Shown here: in pieces, positions 27,514-35,774 of the stretch
How positions within the stretch are numbered: position 1 is the first letter of the stretch
Layout of the letters: each line of letters begins with the position of its first letter
Assembly (NCBI GenBank): GCA_028286905.1
Contig: JAQBQP010000002.1
Coordinates: 309,458 to 373,457 of the forward strand
DNA length: 64,000 nucleotides
Reading direction: 5' to 3'
From: Candidatus Doudnabacteria bacterium
GTDB taxonomy: Bacteria > Patescibacteriota > Doudnabacteria > UBA920 > VMFF01
The notes under the pieces: generated by a model
What the model was told of the DNA's origin: nothing
Seen by the model: the letters and a program-made list of their open reading frames with translations, nothing else
Database searches by the model: none
Made by a program: the position numbers and the translations under genes

Positions 27514-28500
27514 CTACCTGTTCGCTGCGACTCGGCTTACAATGCTCAGCACTCCGGGCGGCGCCTTCACTGATTGTCCGTCGATTGCCTCGTGCAGCTG
27601 CTGCATTTGGCTCTGAGCTTTCGCGATACTACGCAACATCCGCTGCTTGTCCTTGTCGTCCCTGTGTTCAAACATCTTCTTGAACTGGGACATTGGCATG
27701 TCCATCACGATCTTGGTATCGAGCGTCAGCCGATTCAGGAAGCTCTCTACTCGGCGATAGTCATCGCTGGGACGCATCCTACGACCGTCGACCTTCGCGC
27801 CGCCTCGCAGGCTCTGTAGTTGCTGCCCGATGTAGAACCGCGCTTCCTTCAAGTTCATGTCGCTGCCGATGATGTATCGAGCCATCTGCAACTGCCGGTC
27901 GAATGGAAACGGAACCAGCATCACTGCTGTATTGACTCCCAGCTGCTGGTCTTTCGGCAATTCCGGGTTTAGCAGTGCCTGAACTCGAGAGTCTAGCTTC
28001 AGCAAGCTGAGGTGCTTGCTGACCCAAGCGCTATCTCTAGCACATAGCGAGGCGAGCTCGCCTTGGGTACAGTTACCACGGTCTTGCTGCATCTTTTGCA
28101 GACCGAGCGCGACTTCCATGACAGTCATGTCTACTCTGCCGACATTTTCGAGGAACGCATGTTCGTGCTGCTTCTCTGGACTGCGACGCTCCGAGATAAT
28201 CGCCCGCAACTTGTAGTTGGGGTCGACTGCCCCGCTTGCGCGCCAGCGGCGTTCTCCGATGTTCAACCGGAAGCGCATACCCGGGTTTTTCGCGATCTCC
28301 TCTTCGGTCAGCACACAGACCTCTATCGGAGTATGCTGGCCCGTTGTTTTGATGCTGTCTTCCAATTCTTTCAACTCTATTGGATCGAAATACTTCCGAG
28401 GCTGAGTCGGATCTCGCAGAATCTCACTGCGGTCGATCTCCAGCACCATCCCAACGACTACATTTGAGTCTGAGTCCAATGTCCGCGACTTTCTCGGCAT
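27514..28500 (-). CDS. ParB/Spo0J-family protein (ParB N-terminal nuclease-like domain plus HTH), orphan with no parA partner, GC-rich
   Basis: 328 aa; NIGERRWRASG (ParB box II GERRWRA), ENVGR...(ParB ENLQR-like), HTH TQGELASLCARDSAWVSKHLSLLKLDSRVQALL collinear with the Spo0J HTH. AGGAGG SD 6 nt upstream. GC around 58%. Confidence 0.7.
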   Translation of the reverse strand: MPRKSRTLDSDSNVVVGMVLEIDRSEILRDPTQPRKYFDPIELKELEDSIKTTGQHTPIEVCVLTEEEIAKNPGMRFRLNIGERRWRASGAVDPNYKLRAIISERRSPEKQHEHAFLENVGRVDMTVMEVALGLQKMQQDRGNCTQGELASLCARDSAWVSKHLSLLKLDSRVQALLNPELPKDQQLGVNTAVMLVPFPFDRQLQMARYIIGSDMNLKEARFYIGQQLQSLRGGAKVDGRRMRPSDDYRRVESFLNRLTLDTKIVMDMPMSQFKKMFEHRDDKDKQRMLRSIAKAQSQMQQLHEAIDGQSVKAPPGVLSIVSRVAANR

Positions 28501-28572
28501 GCTATCCTCCTGGGACGGTAGCGTTATAAAACTAAGTAAATTATGCGCCTTATTTTAGGTAAAACAAATCTG

Positions 28573-28893
28573 CTACTGCTCAAGCCGATCTGAGACAAGT
28601 CGTGCGATCGCATTCGCTATTTTGTTCAAATGAGTTACTATTAAAAAATTTGGAATGTGTAATGTTGAAGACCCTGCTTGATCAGAATAATGCTCTCTTT
28701 TAAAATCTACTAAGATTTGCGTCGGGTTTAAATAATGCTGCAGCCCATCGACTTCTATGTTGAGTTTGATCTCTGGTATATAGATATCGACATGTTTATA
28801 ACCGTCCCAATGTTCAGTGAGTAAATTTATATTTCTTTTCCTTAGCGCAATAGCGAGACGTAAGGCTTGTTTAGTTCGGAAAATTTTTGGCAT
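28573..28893 (-). CDS. DUF559-like (Vsr/restriction-endonuclease-fold) small endonuclease-domain protein
   Basis: 106 aa; IEVDGLQH...D..R pattern of DUF559 endonuclease-domain proteins. Confidence 0.4.
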   Translation of the reverse strand: MPKIFRTKQALRLAIALRKRNINLLTEHWDGYKHVDIYIPEIKLNIEVDGLQHYLNPTQILVDFKREHYSDQAGSSTLHIPNFLIVTHLNKIANAIARLVSDRLEQ

Positions 28894-28923
28894 TGTTTAG
28901 CATTATTTAATGTTTCTTTCTAA

Positions 28924-29352
28924 TTATTCATTTAAAGCTTCAAGCATATCCTTTGCCATCTCCTGATCAGCATTTATAAGGTCCCCTAGCATCTCCTGTC
29001 TTTGTTCAAGCGTTAGCTCTGCCTGGTCATATTTTATCAAAAGATCTTGCACTGCTGGATCAACTGCCGCAGACAGCAAATTTAATCGATTAAGTTCTTC
29101 AGTCGCGGCTTGAACATAACCGATATCAGTCTTATAAACTTCGGTAACCTTAGCTATTCTTTGGCCATCCGCAAAGATGTATTTTACCGTAGGAAGTGAT
29201 TCCGCTTGGATTGCTTCTTTGAATAAAGTTAAGTCATTTTCTGAAAAGGTATTAAAAAAAGCAGTTCTAAAAAGTCCGGTTTCTGGAACAAAGGTTAAAA
29301 TGGCTCCGATTTTTAAATTATCTTGAAAAATAACAATGACTTTATTTTGCAC
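28924..29352 (-). CDS. hypothetical protein (142 aa), 11-nt overlap with the upstream HExxH gene
   Basis: ORF with host-like AT content; no recognisable motif. Confidence 0.4.
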   Translation of the reverse strand: MQNKVIVIFQDNLKIGAILTFVPETGLFRTAFFNTFSENDLTLFKEAIQAESLPTVKYIFADGQRIAKVTEVYKTDIGYVQAATEELNRLNLLSAAVDPAVQDLLIKYDQAELTLEQRQEMLGDLINADQEMAKDMLEALNE

Positions 29353-30340
29353 TGTGCACCTTTCGCTTAGATTTTTGTTTAGGCTGCACTATTTCGGAAC
29401 GGCGGCGGTTAGCTTTAGCCCAATCAAAATTCGGGTCATGCTTTTTTATGTAAGCTCGAAAAAGATCTCGATCCGCTTTTGGAATTGTGTAAATTTCATT
29501 AGTTAAAACCTTAGAGCCTACTTCTGCAAAGTATTCAGTTGCTTTATACTGTAGTTCTTTTTGCTTATCCGGATTGTTTATGCTTTCAACATAATCTGAC
29601 TTGTATCTGTCAGGTGATTTAACTCGTTGAATAATATCTTGTAAAAGTCGTAGTCTTTCTTCGGTGGGAACGGACCTTGCCCCATACCAATCCGAATTAT
29701 GCCAAATTTCGTGTAGAAGAGTAGAATTAATAATTCTGGAAGCGCTAAATGATTTGGTTGCTGAAATTTTAATCTCTTTAGTGCTGTAGTCTGCTACTCC
29801 ATCCGCATTTTTTTCTTCCAAATTATATTCTGAACTCATAAGCAGGTTCTGCTCAAAGGAAATAGAGTAAGTATTTTCTTCTAAGAATTTAGGTATGGTC
29901 TGCTCCATGACCGCAGAAATTTGTTGATTATTAACTGCCAGGGATTCGAAGCCAGTAACATGGACTTTGCGGTCTTCGCCTTCAGCTTTTATTTTTCTAT
30001 TTCCGCTCCATTCACGTATAATGTGCATATTTTCCAAATAATCGATCAGAGCAGTCCCTACTTCCTGACGCAATGAATCAGCTAATGGCTGTATGTCTCT
30101 ATTTATGCCTTTTTCATAAGCTTGCGCTGTTGCCGATCTCAGCACTTCACCAATTATTGGAAATTTTTCTATTCCTTGTTTCGCGGACCAAGTTCCGCTA
30201 ATTTCAAACAATATGTAAAACATGAGCCTGCCATGGCGGCCTAGGTGCTTAGTCGCAAATTTATTTAGACGATTGTTTAAATTATTAGCCTTATCGGCTC
30301 TTGAAGGTTCGTAATTTTCAGGAGAATATCTTTCTGGCAT
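29342..30340 (-). CDS. hypothetical protein with an HExxH zinc-metallopeptidase-like motif
   Basis: 332 aa; LLHEIWHNSDWYG contains HEIWH; no other family assignment possible by eye. Confidence 0.4.
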   Translation of the reverse strand: MPERYSPENYEPSRADKANNLNNRLNKFATKHLGRHGRLMFYILFEISGTWSAKQGIEKFPIIGEVLRSATAQAYEKGINRDIQPLADSLRQEVGTALIDYLENMHIIREWSGNRKIKAEGEDRKVHVTGFESLAVNNQQISAVMEQTIPKFLEENTYSISFEQNLLMSSEYNLEEKNADGVADYSTKEIKISATKSFSASRIINSTLLHEIWHNSDWYGARSVPTEERLRLLQDIIQRVKSPDRYKSDYVESINNPDKQKELQYKATEYFAEVGSKVLTNEIYTIPKADRDLFRAYIKKHDPNFDWAKANRRRSEIVQPKQKSKRKVHSAK

Positions 30341-30375
30341 GAATAAAGTATATCAGTTGGCATAAATTACTCCAA

Positions 30376-30404
30376 TTGCTAGGAAGCTTTAGTTTTGGTA
30401 TAAT
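30376..30404 (+). promoter_or_regulatory. sigma70-type promoter with an extended -10 (TTGCTA-N17-TGgTATAAT) for the 191-aa GC-rich gene
   Basis: -35 TTGCTA at 30376-30381, TG at 30396-30397, -10 TATAAT at 30399-30404. A 9/10 inverted repeat ATTCGTAAGG-N6-CCCTACGAAT lies at 30424-30452, between the promoter and the RBS. Confidence 0.6.
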
Positions 30405-30467
30405 TGATAATCGGTTCTATTCGTAAGGATATTCCCTACGAATCCCTCAAACCTCAAGAGGTGGCAT

Positions 30468-31043
30468 ATGCCTGTTTCGTGGCAAGTTATGCTCGTTGCT
30501 GTTTTGGTCATTTGGCCCGCAACCAAGTTGTACGATCGTTGGCAGCGCACTCAAGAAGTAAAGGAAAGCGAGCCGATTCCGAGTCCGGATGTCGTGGCGG
30601 TCTTCCGGAAATCCGAGGCTTTGCAGGTGTATGCCTGCAAACATTCCGGCCCGGAAACCTTTTCCATCTGGATCTATGGCCAGGAGCAGCAGTATTCAAG
30701 TGCGCCGCAGGCAGACCCGCTCTCACTGGTAACCTATACCACAAAGTGCCCGGAGTGCCTGCTGCGATCTTCCGAACAGTACATTCGGCGCTGCGCTGTT
30801 TGCGGCGGCCCGATCCTCGCTGGGGACAACGTTTCACTTCATGAGACCGCCGAGGAAGGTCTGCGTCTGGACATCGCCACCGAAGTGGCGCCGATGCAAG
30901 TTCTGGGTTGTGCCAAGCAGGAGTGCTGGCAAGGCGCGAACCTGCACGTTGGAATCTGGGATGGAGAGAAGGTTGTTCCATCTTATGGCGGTGGGACATA
31001 CAAAGAAACGCTCCTGGCGTTTCTCGCTACAGCCATTACATAG
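30468..31043 (+). CDS. GC-rich hypothetical membrane-anchored protein with a Cys-rich (CPEC...CAVC) zinc-ribbon-like segment
   Basis: 191 aa; strong SD AAGAGGTGG 4 nt before the ATG; N-terminal TM helix; overlapping ORFs on the other strand and in other frames are Arg-rich antisense artefacts. Confidence 0.55.
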   Translation: MPVSWQVMLVAVLVIWPATKLYDRWQRTQEVKESEPIPSPDVVAVFRKSEALQVYACKHSGPETFSIWIYGQEQQYSSAPQADPLSLVTYTTKCPECLLRSSEQYIRRCAVCGGPILAGDNVSLHETAEEGLRLDIATEVAPMQVLGCAKQECWQGANLHVGIWDGEKVVPSYGGGTYKETLLAFLATAIT

Positions 31044-31151
31044 GAGGAGTTTGCCGAGCATATAAAACATTGGTCGAAGTTGATCCAAACAAATGAGAGC
31101 CTGACCAGCTCTCTTTTCTTTTATTTCTTTATTATTTTTTTCAAACTAAAA

Positions 31152-31179
31152 GGAGCTGAATGCAATTGCAAGCAGCTCC
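31152..31179 (-). terminator. Rho-independent terminator after the two-gene GC-rich minus-strand operon
   Basis: GGAGCTG-N14-CAGCTCC hairpin followed by TTTTAGTTTG on the minus strand. Confidence 0.55.
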
Positions 31180-31208
31180 TCGTAGGTTGTAGTTCACACA
31201 CTTCTTGG

Positions 31209-31445
31209 CTAGTCCTCCCAGCTAATTCCGCTGGAGAGGCAGAGGCGGTGGGTTTCCACTTGCTCTGCCGTCATCTCCAAACGAAGCGGGAGCAAAGGTC
31301 GTGGCTGAACCTTAGGGGCGTAGAGCGAGCAGGATGTGTTACTGCACGGCTCGGAAATCAGCCGGGTCTGACCACATCTACTGCACAAGGCGCTCCTGAT
31401 GATGTGGTCATCGAAGGCCGCGATGCCCGTCAGGACCGCTTTCAT
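31209..31445 (-). CDS. GC-rich small Cys-containing protein (78 aa), translationally coupled to the upstream gene
   Basis: Start ATG overlaps the stop of the preceding gene (GAATGAAAGCG: ATGA overlap); followed by a terminator. Confidence 0.4.
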   Translation of the reverse strand: MKAVLTGIAAFDDHIIRSALCSRCGQTRLISEPCSNTSCSLYAPKVQPRPLLPLRLEMTAEQVETHRLCLSSGISWED

Positions 31446-31633
31446 TCGAACGGCAGCGGTGAGGCGCAGTGAGCACACTTCGCGCCATCGGGGGTCTGTT
31501 GACGACAGTTGCCGCACTGGATCTCCGGCCGCTGCGAAGCCGTCCGACTCACCGGCTCGGACGCTGGCCGTCCATTCGGAATCCGACTCGTCGAACGCAC
31601 GATCCTGGGTCCTTCATGCGAGGTTTCGGTCAT
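31442..31633 (-). CDS. GC-rich small zinc-ribbon protein (63 aa, C-terminal CGNC...CAHC)
   Basis: SD AGAGAGGG 5 nt before the ATG (MTETSHEG...); two CxxC pairs at the C-terminus. Confidence 0.45.
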   Translation of the reverse strand: MTETSHEGPRIVRSTSRIPNGRPASEPVSRTASQRPEIQCGNCRQQTPDGAKCAHCASPLPFE

Positions 31634-31741
31634 AGTGCCCTCTCTGGCCTGGTTGTTGTGAACTATTGATATCCCCCTGTGACTTGCACTTTCGTTTACT
31701 TTCTTGATTGTGCAATAAATCACGGAATAGTTCAAGCCCCT

Positions 31742-31758
31742 TTACTCCCCTGGCTCTA
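31742..31758. repeat. right copy of the island-bounding imperfect direct repeat, overlapping the PspC gene's 3' end
   Basis: TTACTCCCCTGGCTCTA compared with 24040-24058. Confidence 0.4.
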
Positions 31759-33409
31759 ATGTAGTTTGATCGTTTAACACCTGAGAAATTTTAGCTTTGC
31801 CGAAGTATACAGCGTTGCTAAAATCATTCAAGGTAATTTTCATAGTATTAAGAGCATTAATCCTTAAAGAAGCAAGGTCTTTACCAGAGACAACCGCATC
31901 TTTTGCAATAAAGTTCTGGCCATCAAAGTTAGAAGAATCTGCAGCTGAAAGAGCCAATGAGTCGGCGCTTCCATTTATGATGACATCGCCGCTATCTTTA
32001 ACACTAATATCTGCTTCTTTTGTTGTAACACCAAGATTTGCGGAAGCAACAGTGCCAACATTCAAAATAAGTTTATCGGTTTTTAAGTTTTCAGCATTGA
32101 ATTTTGTCCAGCCGTTCACATCTATTTCATCAATCTTAGGCATGGCTATTTCAACGTTTATAGTATTCCTACCGCCGCAAAAGAAACAGAATCTATGGTC
32201 TGATTTCTGAACGAACACTAAAGCATTATTTTTAACTTCAAAGGTTACTCGATCTAAATCAATTTGTCGGCCGGTTTCAGAAATATTGAATTTATCGCTT
32301 TGAACTAAATGGACGTGGTCGACCCCATGTAAATCTAATTTTGTAAAACCTTTAAGATCTATTGTTTTGGTTTGCTGCTGATATTCTGGACGGCTTTGAA
32401 TCTTATCAATATATGTCGGGCCAAAGCGAACCCACATAAATCCTGCGGCCATTAAGCCAATAAACCAAAGCCCTAATAAGCTAAACCCGCTCTTATAATT
32501 CAAAGCGTTTTTTCTAAACAATAATGTGACCGCAAGAAGCAGTACAAAAATTACAGGAATTAAAGCGATTAAATAAATTACAAATACTGAGAAGTAATAA
32601 TCTGGACCGCCGCTAATTTGGGCTAAAGGAAATTGAACATACGGTGAATGAGCATTAAACAGTAAATTTATTGCAGCAAACGTTATAGCGGCTAACATAC
32701 CCATTGCACCCAAACCGATAAATAATCCAATTAGCTTAGAAGCTATCTTCAGCGCTACTTTAAATAACACTCCAATTGCGGCCACTAGTTTTTCTAAGCC
32801 AGATCCGCCGTGGGTTTTAACGCGTTCTTTGAATTCATTCGCTTGAGTTTTTACAGATTTGATTTGATTATCAAGGTTGCTTAAGTTAATTGCTTCGCCG
32901 CGCATTTCCATTTTTTCAGTTGGAGTTTTCGCTTCAGGCAGGACTAGCCATAAAATTAAGTACAATAAAATTCCGCTACCGCCAAACAGTACAATAACTA
33001 TAAAAACTAACCTGACGATTAACGGATCAATGCCAGCATAGGCTGCCAATCCAGACGCAACTCCGGCAACGATTTTATTATCCGCATCACGCATAACTCT
33101 GCGGCCGCCAAATCTAGTTTGCTTGGTGGTGTGATCGGTGGATGAATCCGCGCCTTCTTGAAAATCTGCAGTAGTTCCCATTGAGGCAATTAAATTTTCA
33201 ACATCGTTTTCGCTGATAATCTTGCTTTTGCTATCATCAGAAAAATGCTCAGCAATTCTGCTTTCCATGTCTTTGATAATTTCTTCGTGGTCTGGATAAG
33301 AGCTAAAGTGTTTTTTGATGCTTTCGAGATATTGTTCAAGCTTGGCGTAAGCGTCCTCTTCAATATTGAATATTGTTCCGCCGATGTTAATGTTAATTGT
33401 TTTTTTCAT
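31742..33409 (-). CDS. PspC-domain membrane protein with N-terminal and C-terminal toastrack-like (DUF4097-like) regions
   Basis: 555 aa; central PspC motif (KIVAGVASGLAAYAGIDPLIVRLVFIVIVLFGG), several TM helices, beta-rich C-terminus. Confidence 0.75.
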   Translation of the reverse strand: MKKTININIGGTIFNIEEDAYAKLEQYLESIKKHFSSYPDHEEIIKDMESRIAEHFSDDSKSKIISENDVENLIASMGTTADFQEGADSSTDHTTKQTRFGGRRVMRDADNKIVAGVASGLAAYAGIDPLIVRLVFIVIVLFGGSGILLYLILWLVLPEAKTPTEKMEMRGEAINLSNLDNQIKSVKTQANEFKERVKTHGGSGLEKLVAAIGVLFKVALKIASKLIGLFIGLGAMGMLAAITFAAINLLFNAHSPYVQFPLAQISGGPDYYFSVFVIYLIALIPVIFVLLLAVTLLFRKNALNYKSGFSLLGLWFIGLMAAGFMWVRFGPTYIDKIQSRPEYQQQTKTIDLKGFTKLDLHGVDHVHLVQSDKFNISETGRQIDLDRVTFEVKNNALVFVQKSDHRFCFFCGGRNTINVEIAMPKIDEIDVNGWTKFNAENLKTDKLILNVGTVASANLGVTTKEADISVKDSGDVIINGSADSLALSAADSSNFDGQNFIAKDAVVSGKDLASLRINALNTMKITLNDFSNAVYFGKAKISQVLNDQTTLEPGE

Positions 33410-33779
33410 GGTTTTTGATTAAGGATTTTACTGATTCTGTTAATACTTGCCAGTTTTCGTTTAGTTGTTTGAGGTTCTCTCGCCCTTTTTCCGTTAAAGA
33501 GTAATACTTTCGCGGTGGTCCAGATGGCGATTCAACCCAGTTGTAGCTTAGAAGCTCGCTGCTCTTTAGCCGGCTTAGTAATGGGTACAAAGTCCCCTCT
33601 ACTACCAACAAGTTAGCTTGCTTCAGTTCTTTTAAAATATCTGACGCGTATACTTCATCTTTTGAAATTATCAATAAGATGCAGTATTCTAGCGTCCCTT
33701 TGCGCATTTGCGCCTTGGCGTTTTCTAATTGATTATCATTCATAGAATTAGTATAAACAAATAGTACCTTTCTTTGCAA
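33393..33779 (-). CDS. PadR-family transcriptional regulator
   Basis: 128 aa; LEYCILLIIS...YASDI...GTLYPLLSRL...YY.LTEKG PadR winged-helix signature. Confidence 0.85.
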   Translation of the reverse strand: MQRKVLFVYTNSMNDNQLENAKAQMRKGTLEYCILLIISKDEVYASDILKELKQANLLVVEGTLYPLLSRLKSSELLSYNWVESPSGPPRKYYSLTEKGRENLKQLNENWQVLTESVKSLIKNHEKNN

Positions 33780-33881
33780 GGTACTATTTTGTGGATAACC
33801 AATAGAAATAGATAATCCTCTAATGTTTGCGTAATATTTTAGGAAGATCTATCCTATAGGTGGTCTATTAAACTAAAAATT

Positions 33882-34229
33882 ATGAACCCTTTCTATAAGT
33901 GGTTAACTAACTTTATAGTTATAATAATCGCTGTGGTGCTCATACCGGGCATTCAAATAACTCAATATATATTCCCCGTTTTAGCAATCGCTATTCTTGC
34001 CAAAATAATTACCGGTTTACATCCAGATTTAATTGATAGTGATGCGGAGTTTCTAGAAATAGGTTTTTTCTTTATAAGCTTTCTGATAAATATGGTGCTG
34101 TTCATGGTTCTGACTACGGCGGTTCCAGGAATAAGATCGAACGGATTCGTGCCAAATTTGATTCTCGGTTTCATTACTGCACTTTCTACTACAATTTTAC
34201 ATACAAGATTCAAAAAAATCCCGAATTAG
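33882..34229 (+). CDS. DUF360/YvlD-family small 4-TM membrane protein (annotated in databases as phage holin superfamily IV)
   Basis: 115 aa; LIPGIQIT and VPGIRSNGFVPNLILGFITAL resemble B. subtilis YvlD LVPGFHVD / LPGFHISGF motifs. Confidence 0.6.
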   Translation: MNPFYKWLTNFIVIIIAVVLIPGIQITQYIFPVLAIAILAKIITGLHPDLIDSDAEFLEIGFFFISFLINMVLFMVLTTAVPGIRSNGFVPNLILGFITALSTTILHTRFKKIPN

Positions 34230-34237
34230 ATCGGGAT

Positions 34238-34936
34238 TTAGTTTTCAATAAGCTCTTTGACATGGTCGACTACTTTTAGGAACGATTTACTTTCTAACTC
34301 GCGTGGTCGTTCTAAGTGAAAGTTTACTTCTCGACGGATTTTTCCAGCTTGCATAATTACAATCCGATCTGCTAATTCCACAGCTTCTTCCACTAAATGC
34401 GAAACCATTACAATTGTAAGATTGTTCTGTTTCCATAATCGCAGCAGATCTTGGCGCAGCTCAATTGAAGTTTTTATATCGAGGGCGGAAAATGGTTCAT
34501 CCAATAGTAAAATTTTTCGGTTTACTACTAAGGCCCTAGCAATACCGACCCGTTGTCTTTGTCCGCCGGACAAGTCTCGCGGATATTTATGCTGGTGCTC
34601 TGAAAGCGAAACTTCTTTAATAGTTTTATCAATCAAACCCGTATCATAGTCTTTGCCAGCGGTTTTTAAAGGAAATTCAATGTTCTCTCGCACTGTCAGC
34701 CATGGCAATAGCGCGGCGCTTTGAAAAACCATCGAAACGTGATGTTCTTTTAATACTGTTCCGCGAGACTGTTTTAGCAAGCCGGCAATTACTTTGAGCA
34801 AAGTAGTTTTGCCGCTACCCGACTCACCTACCAAGCAAACAAATTCGTTTTCGGCAACACTAAAATTAATATCATGCAATATTGTTTTGCCGCGGTAGTG
34901 CAAAAATAAGTTTTCAACTTTTATCATACTATTCAA
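34238..34936 (-). CDS. ABC transporter ATP-binding protein (NitT/TauT-type)
   Basis: 232 aa; GESGSGKTT Walker A, LSGGQRQRV signature, LLLDEPFSALD Walker B. Confidence 0.85.
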   Translation of the reverse strand: MNSMIKVENLFLHYRGKTILHDINFSVAENEFVCLVGESGSGKTTLLKVIAGLLKQSRGTVLKEHHVSMVFQSAALLPWLTVRENIEFPLKTAGKDYDTGLIDKTIKEVSLSEHQHKYPRDLSGGQRQRVGIARALVVNRKILLLDEPFSALDIKTSIELRQDLLRLWKQNNLTIVMVSHLVEEAVELADRIVIMQAGKIRREVNFHLERPRELESKSFLKVVDHVKELIEN

Positions 34937-35759
34937 ATTTATATTTCTGGCTATGCTCGGTTAAAGGATGCCAGACTAAGCGATCCAAGGTAAAGATTAT
35001 AATTACTAACATTAGCAGCGAAGCGATAAATACTCCGGTGTCTCGCCCTGCGGAGGATGATAGTAAGTTCCCTAACCCGGGTAATCGAATTGAAATATTG
35101 CCGTAATTTATATATTCGGAAATAATAATAACATTCCAAGAAGCTCCAAAAGAAAGAATTGAGCCAGTCACAAGCGCTGGAAAGATTGCAGGTAAAATTA
35201 CTTTAAAAAATAATTTTGGACCTTTAGCATTATAAATTTTTGCTGCATCCAAAATATCTTGAGGAATTTGATGAAAGCCGCCGATTGCTCCAAAGAAAAC
35301 CGACCAGAAACAAGCAACAATCAAAACTATTTGTGCGGCTAGTTCCGGCATATGCAGATTTGCGAAGGTTACTATAATTAAAGGGAAGAATGCTAAGACC
35401 GGTACGCTCTGCAAAATATCAAAAACCGGCATTATAAAATTTTCTATTCTTCTGAATTTGATAATCAAAAACAAAAAAATCATGGTCATAAACAACCCAA
35501 TTGTATAAGCAATAGTGACACGGGTCAGTGTAAATAAGCCATATAACAATATTTGGACCACGCTGATACGCTGGTAGAAATCAATCAACGTTTGTGGATA
35601 GACTGACTGAAAGTTTGTAGCTAGTAAAGTACTTATTGCAATAATAATCATTATTGCTAACAAATAATAAAGCACCTTCTTATGCAAAGGTTTTTTATTT
35701 AGATGATGTTGTTCATGCCTGAAGTGATGCTGCATTTTTTGTGTTTGTTTTGACTCCAA
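34929..35759 (-). CDS. ABC transporter permease (binding-protein-dependent inner membrane component, NitT/TauT-type)
   Basis: 276 aa, 6 TM helices, EAA-like loop; overlaps the ATPase gene. Confidence 0.75.
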   Translation of the reverse strand: MESKQTQKMQHHFRHEQHHLNKKPLHKKVLYYLLAIMIIIAISTLLATNFQSVYPQTLIDFYQRISVVQILLYGLFTLTRVTIAYTIGLFMTMIFLFLIIKFRRIENFIMPVFDILQSVPVLAFFPLIIVTFANLHMPELAAQIVLIVACFWSVFFGAIGGFHQIPQDILDAAKIYNAKGPKLFFKVILPAIFPALVTGSILSFGASWNVIIISEYINYGNISIRLPGLGNLLSSSAGRDTGVFIASLLMLVIIIFTLDRLVWHPLTEHSQKYKFE

Positions 35760-35774
35760 AAATTGTAAGGTCTT

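Noticed and set aside
30404-30999. ORFs 30404..30844 (+), 30447..30644 (-), 30508..30999 (-) overlapping the 191-aa GC-rich gene
   Set aside because: Alternative-frame or antisense ORFs typical of GC-rich DNA (Arg/Pro-rich). Only the 30468 frame has a strong SD and a coherent TM plus Cys-motif protein.
31080-31472. 130-aa + strand ORF running through the terminator hairpin and AT-rich spacer
   Set aside because: Reads through a clear minus-strand terminator and begins in low-complexity AT-rich sequence; the minus-strand coupled pair with SD and ATGA overlap is a better model.
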